A DNA stretch of 64,000 nt, taken from Ostrea edulis (taxonomy: Eukaryota). Every line of letters begins with the position of its first letter. Position 1 is the first letter of the stretch. A model generated the notes under the pieces. That model was not told the DNA's origin, made no database searches, and saw only the letters and a list, made by a program, of their open reading frames with translations. The position numbers were made by a program, and so were the translations under genes. Shown one piece after another: positions 38,881 to 51,167 of this stretch. The stretch is taken from assembly GCF_947568905.1 (NCBI RefSeq), contig NC_079165.1, positions 1,302,001 through 1,366,000 on the forward strand, in the 5' to 3' direction.

Positions 38881-40615
38881 GGGCTATTCCAGCAAAAAAA
38901 ATATGGGGGGAGGGAAGGCACTTTATTTTTAAGACAGCCACCCATACAATTAAATTTTCCTCTGCTACCACCACCCATACAATTAGATTCTCCCCTGCCA
39001 CCACCACCCACACAATTCAATACTTTCATTTAACATAACAAATGGATCAACCATATGATATTTTAGAACTTAATTCTAGTTTATATTTAAAAAAATGCAA
39101 AAAATATAAACAATAAAATGTCTTTCTTTGTTGTTTCATCGGGAGATGAAGGTATCAATCATTGCAGAAAAAATTTACATATTTTGGTTTCCAATGCAAT
39201 TTTGGTAGGGAGAAAAAAAGGATGATCTCAGCATATAAAATGAAAGAAAAAATGCAATTAATTGTGTATACTCTGGAAACATGCGAGTTGTAGAAACCTA
39301 AGCTCTGTTTGCTTATTATAAACGAACAGTTTCACTAATGATGTGGGATATTGTCATATCATTTCTGGACTAGATGTGCATGTCCTTTTTACTAATGTCA
39401 TGATCTGGGTGCTTGTTAATCGCACAGTTGAAATAACAAGAAGTTGGGTTTTTTTAATGATATAAAACTAAATAAAATATGAATATATTATACCACTTTA
39501 AATTTAAATTCATATATATTGTTACTCTCTTTATTGCTTTTAAAAGACAAGTGTCTTATTACATCAGTTACAATATGTATACATAAAATGGCATTGTATA
39601 GTGGTGTACAAATTCAAGCAAGCAACGGAGAAGAACTTTTCAACGAGTTAGGTTTTCTCGCAACTTAAGTGCCCAACATAGATATTTCCCTAAATTACAA
39701 AGTGTATGCATATAGATTGTGACTTTTTTCCTTTGACTTTTCCCCCTACAATCTCTCGTAGACCTACAGGAAACTCGCGAATATTCCATTTAAAATTTTA
39801 GTCCCAAGCATAATATTTACCCGATTTATATCGCAATCAGGCAAATTTTCCACTCTGTTAAACGTAATGGTATTCCAGGTGGGAGATTTCATATCCGAAT
39901 TACCCCCACACATCTCAAAGTCTGTCGAAATTCACACCTTCGGAAACAACGGTCGTGATTCCCTGATCCTTGATTTTGTTAAATAAACAACAACTCGGGT
40001 TTTGGTAATTAACCTCACACGACGCTGCATGTTTTAAATTACACATTAACCAATTGATAGCTTGGGTATACTAATTGATTCAGAGTGCCGATTAAACAAG
40101 ATCACCGCCGAACTATTACCTGTGCATTTTAAAACGAAAGTGTTAGGGGCGATAATTCCCAGAATAGTCATGCTCGACTGAAATCGAAAGTAGGAATCGC
40201 GTTGTAATCGAAAAAATGTACAGTCGTTTTATGAAGGTGAAATTACACGAAAAGGTTGTAAAACTCATGATCGTTGGTTGCGTTAGACAGGTGATCGTTT
40301 AGGACAGGTACAATAGATTGGGTAACGCCTTGGAGGGGAAAGTTTTACGGTAACATTGAGTTATCTGCCCATTTATCAATCTTTTTTCCATACTTAAGTT
40401 AATTTAGAATGGCTCCGCTTTTCTTCTTTTGTAATAAAAGAAACATAACGTGATACGTTTTCATTTTTATCATAATTCACAGGCACCCATATTTTTATTT
40501 AACCTGGAAGACAACCACCCATACAAATATATTTTCCCAAATCACCCCCACCCATCCAAAAAAATATCGGCTGCCGTCCCTCCCCCCCCCCATACGTTTT
40601 TTGCTGGAATAGCCC
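38881..40615. mobile_element. PIF/Harbinger-type non-autonomous DNA transposon, 1735 bp
   Basis: TIR GGGCTATTCCAGCAAAAAA...TTTTTTGCTGGAATAGCCC, imperfectly extending to ~40 bp. TTA TSD at 38878-80 and 40616-18. Empty site GCAATTTATCTG at ~18075. Confidence 0.85.
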
Positions 40616-41634
40616 TTATCTGTTTGTAAGGGGTTTTGCGTATTTTTTAAATTCAGTATAGGTACGGTAATTCATATTGATCGGTCGATAGGGGATGATT
40701 ACTCCCCCTAGACACCAGATCCCACCTCTTGTGTGTCCAGGGATCCTTGTTTGCCCAATCATCTATTTTGTATTGCTTATGCGATTTATGAGATTGATCA
40801 CTGTTCGTTATCTTCATCTTTTATGCGTTTGTTCCATTGACCTGGCTACCGCATGTGTTTATAACACTAAAGCATGATTTTGAAAAATACCGTCTTTGGA
40901 GTATAAGAAGGATTACCAAGTTCGTTTAGAATGCAGTTGTAATAATGAGCTTTACAAATAAAGACAATCGCATTACGAGCTTTTGTCACCTGGAACCAAT
41001 ACATATTCCTCATGGAATCTATATAATTCTCTCTTCATATCTGCTTTACTAAACACAGAATGATAGTACGTACTTTTGTTGTTATGTGTCGAATACGATA
41101 TTGTAATCATACATCACTCAATTATCTTCATATTTATCATATATCAACTCTAATACGAAGCATTCCATAGAGTGTGTAATAGTCACCGGTTGCTGTTTTA
41201 TTGATAGTGAAGTTCAATTCAAATAACTATGTTTCTTTGAATTTGAATTATATTTGTAATGTTGCAACATTCATTTACGCATTTGAACAATGTATTACTA
41301 ATCGGGAGGAATATGGTTTAATCATAATGTTTCAAATCAGGGTTTTTTCTTTATATCAGTAAGATATATTTTGTTTAAAATTTCATCTGCATACTAAAAT
41401 ATATGTCAATCTCAATATTCAATCGTAAAAATCTCCCAGGCATCGAAATAAATTAAGCGTCTTTACAATTAGTGTTGCATCGCTTTTAACATCATCATAC
41501 ATAATTCACACGTATTTTTAAAGAATATATTCAGCTTCTAAACCAATCCCTATCATATTTCATAAATCTTAACATCATATTTGTAAATGCCGAGCACATT
41601 TCACGAAGATATTTCCCGTTTCAATGTTAATTCC

Positions 41635-41824
41635 TAACCGGAACTCCTCGAATGTCTCGCGTACTCAGCATAGATATCGGATGTAATACGATGGCATCCA
41701 TGAGCGAATTTGATGCATTGTTGTGACGTCACAATTGACAATGCATCAAATTCACTTATGGATGCCATCGCATTTCATCCGAGATCTATGTCGAGTGCGC
41801 GAGACATTCCAGGAGTTCCGATTG
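41635..41824. mobile_element. 190-bp foldback MITE with 10-bp TSD
   Basis: Palindromic over its full length around TGTGACGTCACA. TSD TGTTAATTCC (41625-34) / TGCTAATTCC (41825-34). Empty sites at ~19095 and ~29110. Confidence 0.85.
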
Positions 41825-42038
41825 TGCTAATTCCTTTAGACAAAGGACATCGTGTTTTGAAGATATTTAAGAGAAAAATATTTAGAACAAAGTCCAGATT
41901 TATCTTGCCTAAATCAACTGGACAAATTGCATATAAAACGTGATTGCACACACGTTGGAAAGTACGTTCATGAATTGTTTATTTCTTGATTTATAACCAA
42001 TTATATGAATGAACATGTGAAATGGATTGTGTTATTAA

Positions 42039-42528
42039 AGGGACTGATTCACGAATTTACCCAAAATTTTGTTTTTCACTTTTAATGATCAAAATCTACT
42101 GTCTAATGTGTTTGAAAGATTTCAAATGAAAATTAAGGTTATACATCATCACAGAAGCTCATTTTAGAGAGTTTATTATCTGTTTCTAAACAAAGATTAC
42201 GGTATGCTATTGTTTACGAAATTTTCAAAAGAAATGGATATCGATCTAAGTTTATTAAATCTTTCACATTTCAAAGATTTTGGGTGTAAAATTTGTGATT
42301 ATACAAAATTAAGATGAATTATATTACAAAATATTTCACCTGTTTGTCTGTTTACATAAAAAGACTCGAGTCTTTGTTTTCATAACACAGATTTAAGGCT
42401 AAAATATTGCTTTCATTCTTGCATTCAGAAGGTCAAAATTTTGGCTATCAACATTAAATAAGTTATATTTTTAATGTTTAACATCAAAAATGAAAAATAT
42501 TTTGATCAAAAATCGTGAACCAGTCCCT
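42039..42528. mobile_element. Kolobok-type MITE, 490 bp
   Basis: TIR AGGGACTGATTCACGA / TCGTGAACCAGTCCCT with TTAA TSD; absent at the paralogous site ~29532. Confidence 0.85.
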
Positions 42529-45500
42529 TTAAAAATATACAATTAAACTATGATGTATGCTAATCTCCTGTCATTTCCATCACATTGAAATGTATCATAT
42601 AACATATGTATTGAACTATCAATTCAGACAGCAAAACATCAAGGGGACATTGATATTTAAAATTATCATGGATATATGATTTGCAAAACAAAGAAATGTC
42701 ACATGTCAGGTAGAACGTTTTCCATTTGTACTTTGAAATTATTGATTATAGCAAAAAACTAGGTCATAGTTTTCGAAACCTGCAATCACTGTCTTCTGCG
42801 ATATAAATCATTCGTCCTCCATAATCTGTTATTTTTCAAGAACAATTTATGTTTTTGTATCTAATGACAATCATTTCAAGGACCAATAAACGTTTTTGTA
42901 AACAAACGATCTTAACATTACATTCTCCAAGAAAGAGGTTTATTACAAATACAAGTCATATTAACAAAATTCCGATTTTTGTCTTAAACCCAATAGTGTT
43001 CATGGTGATAATAACATACCATACGCGTTAATATATTCAAGAGGCAGTCAGGCAGATACCACGGCATATTTGTAAGAATCATTGCTTTTACATATGATAG
43101 TCATACTGTCAAATATTCCATTTAAGCATCCTGTGTAAGTGTATGTTAAAAAGTATGATATTATTTAAATTATTTAAATCAATCTCATAGCTCCTATAAA
43201 GAATACAAAATAAAAATTTTGTCAAACACGAATCACATTCCAGGGGTGATATTATGTAACTAAGAGAAGTAAACATCCCCTGTCGACTGGTCACACCCAC
43301 AAACAAGTCATTGTTCAATCTATGTCTGATCATTTCATCCCCATGTGTAAATCTTCCAAATAACTCACCTTTGATAATTAAGGTTCATGACAATTGACCT
43401 TTTTTCAATACACATAATCTTAATCAAATGAGAGTAAGTTGAAATTGTTTGTCTTTGTAGTTTGTTTGAGCTTGATTTAATATCTTAGTCATTAATTCGT
43501 ATTAATTCGTTCAACACAATTCAAAGTTCATGACATAAAGAGTATTTTTCATAAAACTAAGAAGAAAAAGTACAGCCTTGTCCTAAATCTACGGGAGCTT
43601 TTCAGGAATTAATTATTAGAATTATATCTGTCCGTGGTGTTTCATCCACACTAAGTCATCTAAAATTGCAATGTACCTATGCAAAATCATTTGTTAATAC
43701 AATATAATGGATATACAAAGCGGCAGAAAAAGTGGGAAAATAACAATGTGTATAAGAATTTTTATTTTAAATCGAGGCAACCTCCTGACAAATCAGCTTA
43801 TGTTATAGAAGTTTCAATAGTCTCGTTTAGATTCATACTCTTGCAAATTATATGTTCGTTATAATCATCTAATTTGCAAATACAAGCTATTACGGGGTCG
43901 GATGCTTTCCGACGCCGTTTTATTCCAATTGTTAGTCCGTTATTTCCATGAAACAGTAAAGATAACAGTGATCAATCTCATAACTCCTCTAAGGAATACA
44001 AAATTAAGAGTTGAGCAAACGCGGACGCCTAGGAGAAGAAAACATGCCCTGTCGAACGATCACAACCTGCATGAGACCTGTATCTTGATCCAATAAACGG
44101 AATAACCTGGTGTGGCCCGGGATCTGAATTTCCTCTACCCTTGATTATATATTTTTTATAGGAATCACGAAATTGATCACTGTTAGTGATTTTCACTTGT
44201 TCATATAGACTGTTAAATCATCTGGTTTCAAGTTTTATCATGAAGTAAACATATACTGCACATTAGCAGTATATTCTTCCTGAAATAAATATTTAGGTAG
44301 AAGTAAACCATATATAATCAAGAAATATCTTTTATCAAATTATGGTGATTCAGAACAATAATTTAGCATTGAAATGCTATCATTATTCATTATATGATTT
44401 AAATATTTATCCCCTACCTGGTACGCCGTGATTTCCCTGATGAAATTAATCGATTGAAAAGTACTTAATATCAAAATATATCACGAGCAACGACCTTTCA
44501 AGTCCCATTTATCTACTGCAATATGATCAGCGCTTTTGTCAAATAATATACCGAACTAAGACCAGCCATTGCCACATAATTTTAAAAGTGAATGCTACAG
44601 ACATTTGTTGACTTATTTCAGTAATATCTGCAGAGTAGAGTGTTGGCATACATTTTTCAAGCAATACAAATATCAGTTATGTGTCGCAGAAAGTGTGTAC
44701 CTATATCAAACTGGATTTTGCGAAAGCCTCGGTTTGTTTTTTTGTTTTTGTTTTTGAACAAAATTGCGAAACACATTTAAAAAGAAATACAAGTATAGTG
44801 GCGATTTCGCATATGAATCGAAATACAAGGTCAGCTTTAAAAGGAGTAACTATTAAAGACTATGCTGAATATATCGTTATCATTATCACAATTGATGTGC
44901 TGATTCGATATATCCCAGTGAACTCGAAATAAAAGACACCTCATAGTCTTCCATATCTGCTTCGTACTATTTTTCTGAGCATACATGTTAATAGCAAACT
45001 AACAACTCAACTTCATGACAAACGGGATGATTTCAGCTTCTCCATCATCACAATTCCCATATTTATGTAGGAATATTTTATTATCACCTGTATATGGTGT
45101 TTAGGTCTCTCAACTACATATGTTATTCTATACGCAAGAGTTTGGTTTGTGTATGATCAGTTTTTAAATCGAGGCATGCTACTGTCAAATACCTTGAGGT
45201 TACACGGGTTGCAGCCTCTGGTATATCCAGTTGTCCGTGTTTGTCATGCTTTTCAGTCTGTATTCCTTATACAAATCGTGACATAGATTTATGTGACGAG
45301 ATGTATAGGGAAATAATGGGATTACATTACATGTAAACACATGATTTAAGTTCAAATATTCCGAGGTAATGACACTATGATTTATTTGTATTTGTGATAA
45401 ATATGAATTGCATGAAATAAAATGGTAAATGATATACCCTTGTATTATGTTTTAAATTTGACAATAAGGTGGGTAAAGAAATGTATGCATAATAACATAC

Positions 45501-46555
45501 ATGTGAATATTTACCCAAAATTTATCAGAAAATGATTATTTATATAAACTGGTACTGAAAATACTGCAAAAAATACAATAATTGCTAAACAAAGGGAAGA
45601 CAGCTTGTTTGTATAAATAAATCACCAATTATATCATCGATCTTTTATATTGTTTGCAAATCCCGAATTTATGAATTTTATGATAATTGTCTGTGCTGCC
45701 TGTGTCATTCATTCATTTATCCACCTATCATCAGTTTGCATAAAAAGTGAAGATAACGAACAGTGATCAAATTCATAAATACCACAAAAATACAAAATTA
45801 AGAGTAGGGCAATCTCGGACCCCTGGACACACCAGGTGTGTTCTGGTACTTATTTCAATTTCTAATATAAGACCCAATTGGCATTTTCATCTGGAGGGGG
45901 GGGGGGTGTTTGATTATTCTAAGCAAAGATTGAATATCAATCTATTAATTGTTTTCTTTTTTATTATATTGTACTATCCATAATTCTTTTATTCCCCATA
46001 AATTTTCTGTGATATAACATCTCTGACTGTGATAACACATTGTCTGTGATTTTGTAAAGGTATACGGGAAATATGCGAAATATATTTAGAAGTATGTATT
46101 GTATCAAATTCAATCATGATATAGTATCCCTTGCTCTGCAAATTACTTTTATTCTTTCAATGATAATTGTTAAATTTTACATGCTTTGCGTGAATAATAT
46201 TATTTATTCCTTACATTCTGTTTTTGTAACGAACGAAACAATATACTTGGAGATGTTTATGTGTGGTAATTAAAAAACCACCAAATACGTTTACCATTTA
46301 AATAACCTTAGTCCCTTAAACAAATTCACAAATAAAGAATGAATTAGGGATTGCGGTTTCCCATCTTTCCAATATCTGCAGAGAACCCATACAAATGTTG
46401 AGCTTTATTGCATACGAATAGCATCCAATCAAATTTACATCCTTTCCTAACAATGCTAATGATATGCTAAATAAGAAAGAACCCTAGTATAAAAGACAGA
46501 AAGAGTAAATTCTAAAGTATTCTAGGCCACAATCTGGACTTGTCTAAGAGAAATA

Positions 46556-47308
46556 ATGGAAACTATAGCTCAAAACATGTGGGAATGTGTTATCAACAGT
46601 AATTTGGGAGCATTGAAAAAAATGCTGAAATGTGGAATCGATCCCAATATCACTGATGAGAATGGAGAACCTCTGATTTTTACCATTATTGTTAATGGAG
46701 ATTTGGAATCACTGAAAATGTTGTTGGCTTACTGTGATGTCAACATTGAAAACAAAGATGGAAGATCTGCTCTGATGCTGGCTATTGAAATGGACGATGT
46801 GGAAATGATCAAAGCATTGATCAAAGCAGGTATACATAACTCTTGAATATATTCCAAAGACATGAATCTTATTTGTTGATATTTCATTTTATCAGTTACG
46901 TATTTCAATTATACAATACTTTATTGTCATTGTTTCTGTTTTCCAGGGGCTCGAGTAAACAAGAGTGATAATTCCGGTAAAACTCCCTTGTTATTGGCTT
47001 TGGAGGAAGGAAAATTCAAAATCGCTGAATATCTTATCAAACACGGAAGTGACGTGAATGAAATGGATTGTCTTGGTCAAACAGCCCTACATCTTGTTGC
47101 CACGGGGGAACACAATGACTGTACGAAAATCGTTAAAATCCTGTTTCACTGCGGATACGTGATGAAAGAGGCTGATAAGTGGATATGTGCTGAGGATCTG
47201 ATAGGCAGTAAACGTCTTCAGTCTAAAAACGCAAAACTGCTTCACAAAATCAAAAGATTTTGGAAGAGTTTCGTACGGGAAGACAATGTGATACCAAGAG
47301 AGTCTTGA
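46556..47308 (+). CDS. Ankyrin-repeat protein copy 3, 211 aa (exons 46556-46829, 46947-47308)
   Basis: Intact spliced frame; TATAAAAG at 46488-95. Confidence 0.88.
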
Positions 47309-50300
47309 AACGTCTGTCACAGATTTGTTTCTGCACCTCTGCAGATACTCTTAAATATCGATGAAGACTGACTGTGAGTAGAAAGCAATAGGACCTCACT
47401 CTAATTAGAAGTCGATGATAACCTCTCGTAAGAAGAAGTCTATGAGAACCGACTATCACTTGAAGTCGATGGGAACTAGCTGTGAGTAAGCATACAACCT
47501 CATGAAGTAATTTCGAAGTAGCATTTTTCATGAGGTCGAGACCATCTTGGCCAACAGACATTTTATACTCTGGTATACAAATCGTGATTACCAAACGTAT
47601 TGCCTGTCGTAGAGAGTAAGGATTCAAGAAGACGGTTAAATAGCTATGACAGAAATAGCCGTTGTCACACTAATTTCTCGGGGACAGTTTGAGGAGGAGG
47701 AGAAATGCGTCATTCCGAATAACATCCGATGCAATAAGAATTTGTTTTTGTTTATTGCGTAGTGATTAGTATAGGATTCTGGAAGCATGATAGAAGTATT
47801 TTACGACCATTTAGTTCTATTCAATGCAGAATCGATGTAGTATGGCTAATAAAATAATGATAAGAACATCCGTTGTATTGTATTTCTTCTTTTCCTGTTC
47901 TTAATAGCTCCGGTATCTGTACATTCAGGGAAATGTATCCAGTTAAACTGTAGAAACACATACCTTATGGCTATGTTATGGTTTCCCCGCGAAAGAGCAT
48001 ATTGAGGAACGGAAGCAGTCCTTTTAATCATATTGTGCAATACATTTTACATTCTGTCGTTGGTCAGAATAAACCATATGACCAGCAGAAACCAATGAAA
48101 AGAATTCGAATTCATAGTTTTAAGACTTGATTTCTCTATGAAGCTATTATTCGCAAGCATGTGTATATCGAGCTGTGTCATCAGTTTGAGCAGAACCGAA
48201 ATTTTGTACATTTATATATGCACTCCCGTTTTCACTCCCTCTCATCGTAATAGTGCGATTTTCTTTGACATTTTCGCTTCGTAGTTGGCCAGGGGGTGTT
48301 TATAACCTTTCTAGCCAGAGTTTTAATTGAATAGTTGCATTGGATAGAACACAAGTTCGAACAAAACCTCCATCTAATGATAACCATTTATATGACAATG
48401 GGAAAAACGTCCGTAAAATGAACGGTGAAGATAAAACCGTTATCTTAAAATATTCTTAATACCCGAGGATTCTTGTCATTTGCAGTACAGTACTGCTCGT
48501 AAAAATGTTATATTGATTTTGATTCAAATCAAAATACAAGAATTGAATTACAACAATGTAGGCGATATACATTACGATAGTACCATGCACATACGTATCG
48601 AATGCATTTTGTAAACATTAAATAGTTAAAACTTACTATTGGACAATGTCCCAATGGTTAACGTCTACATCAATGGGAAAGTTATATTAACAATTCGTCT
48701 AAGGGTTAGATATATGGTACCTTACAACATAATGAAAAACATATATGAGTATTTTGCTTAAAAGAGCTTAAAAGTGGTATAATGATATTAATTTTCTTAA
48801 ATTTGGAACTGCAAATCACCATTTTAAAGACCCTCCACAAAATCAGAGGACTTGTCATATCCGTATTATCTAAGCGATGAATAACACTATATCTTCTAGA
48901 ATGTCAGATTTTCCCAGGAATGCTGAAAGCAATATCTACATAACGTGGAAACCCTAATTTATTTTTTACACAAATTATCCGTATTATCATTTATTGCTAA
49001 CCTCAATAAATAATTTCACAGTTCTCTCTGTTAACGGCATTTTGATAGGTACCGTGTAAATTGGTTATTTCTTTGTATATATTACATTGTGCACCTTTAG
49101 TTGGTGGTTTCTGCGAAATAAATTAAATTGAATTGAAACAACCATTTCATATTGTTTAACTTCGTATCAAACCGCCGAAACATACAAACATTGTCAGTCA
49201 TGTGACTGGAGGAACGTTACTGAATGGAGCCATCTGATTGAAATTGATTCAAACATCACGGGTCATTCGGATATTAGCTATAAAAGTTCAGTGTCTCAAT
49301 GCATAATTCAATATTAGTGGTAATTTACGTACCTATCTGAGGATGCAACACAAAACAAGCATCAAACTAAAAGCAAGGTCAAGATTTCCAAACTTCGTGG
49401 TCATTATTTTATATATGTCTCATTTGTCATTCGTCCATAGTAATTTATGAATGAACATTTAGTTTGCCTGCAGCAAGGATTTCCTTAAAGTGCGATTCAT
49501 TTTGCAAATGAATTCGGCATCCTTTCAAGGAGACAAAATGCATTATTTATGAGCAAAATTTTATGTTTTCCTAGAAAGACTTTACGGTACAGGTCAAATA
49601 AAGCTACACATTGAATTTATTTTACAAGAAAATACAGGATCGTAATAAACACCACAATATGCATGGTTTCAGTTATATATTATGAATGTTACTATATTTA
49701 GGAGACCGTCGGACAGATATGTACATGTTAAGACTGATTATATTAGCTAGCAATGCTAAAATATTGTCGTAATCAAGTGAACGTTTAAGCATCTTTAATA
49801 ACAATAATATCAATCAAATATCAGTTTACTAAACCATGAAGATAATGCCGATGAGCTAATTTATGGGTGCGTTTCAGTTTTATTTGTACAAAACTACAGA
49901 AGATATAAATATATGTACTTCACCTACAGCTGGTGACGTCTCAATACAAGTGAAAATGTTTCGATGTCTTGTTAAACAATCAACACTTCAAATTGTATTG
50001 TTAACTTCCATGAAAATTATTTTTGTTCTCAATTCATATTAACTTTTTAAATTCAATTTAAGCGAGTTAATCTCTTTGGTTTTAAAATGAATAGATATGA
50101 TAATTATTCGGTCATGCAAGAAAGCTTAAACTCAAGAAATATAGACATTATCAGATGAAAAGAAAACAAGTACATGGAGTGTTTTATTCAAAATTCACGG
50201 AGACCAGTTGAATCATATAGTAGATGATATTGTTTCCTTTTACCTTAATCTAAATTTGATTGTTCATATACAAAATCACTAAGAACTTAAGAAAAAATGA

Positions 50301-50730
50301 AAAGAAATGCAAATCTTCACAGCTATCAAGACTGGATGTTTAAAAGATTTAGATCGATTGAAAATACTGTTCATTCAAAGTAATGTTTTCTAGAAATTAG
50401 TTTAAAATATTTCGTAAGACAAACAGCATATAATATCAGGGAATGGCATTAAACAGAATGTCGATCAAGGATGCATAACATTCCATCTATATTTATGCAT
50501 TCTTCACGATACTGATTTATCTGAATATTATTACCTGAATTTCAAATTATCCCCTACCTGGTACAACGTGATTTAAATGATAAAATTAACTGATTGAAAA
50601 AGAAATAATTACTAATGAAATATATCACGAGCAAAGATATTTCACATGTCACCCAGATACTATATTACAGTTAGATGTTTTGCTTGTATCGATTAAAATA
50701 CCGAACGATTTATGACATATCATTATAAGC

Positions 50731-51167
50731 ATGCGAGGTGAAGATAACGAACAGTGATCAATCTCATAACTCCTATAATGTAAAACTTATACGGTACCAA
50801 TTTTGATGCACCAGATGCGCATTTCGACAAATAATGTCTCTTCAGTGATGCTCAACCGAAATGTTTGAAATCCGAAATAACTATGAAGTTTTAGAGCTAA
50901 ATATAGCCAAAAACAGCGTGCCAAAAAAGTGGAGCCAAATTCGTCCAAGGATAAGAGCTATGCATGAGGGAGATAATCCTTAATTTTGAAATGAATTTCT
51001 AAATGTTATAACAGCAATTAAATATACATCCGTATTTTCAAGCTAGTAACGAAGTACTTAGCTACTGGGCTGTAGAGACTCTCGGGGACTAACAGTCCAC
51101 CAGCAGATACAAAATAGATAGTTGTACAAACACGGACCCCTGGACACACCAGAGGTGGGATCAGGTG
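50731..51167 (-). mobile_element. Composite insertion: ~330-bp retrozyme monomer (50778-51107) nested in a Naiad tail
   Basis: Naiad tail split at ...CTCCTATA|...|TACAAAATAGATAG; the whole composite is absent at ~57120. Confidence 0.85.
50808..50851 (-). ncRNA. Minimal type I hammerhead ribozyme, consensus-intact
   Basis: Identical to the 44-nt motif at 21285-21328; stem I extends UUGA/UCAA across a 1-nt bulge. Confidence 0.85.

Larger units (their letters stand above)
36294..47960. repeat. Segmental duplication unit C (~11.7 kb)
   Basis: Collinear with A and B, with extra DNA transposon insertions. Confidence 0.9.

Noticed and set aside
47290-47365. Eroded SOCS box after the ankyrin stop (shifted frame reads PRES-LKRLSQICF)
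   Set aside because: It needs a frameshift, lacks the BC-box cysteine and cullin box, and the frame is not conserved in copies 2, 4 and 5; all copies stop at the same codon.
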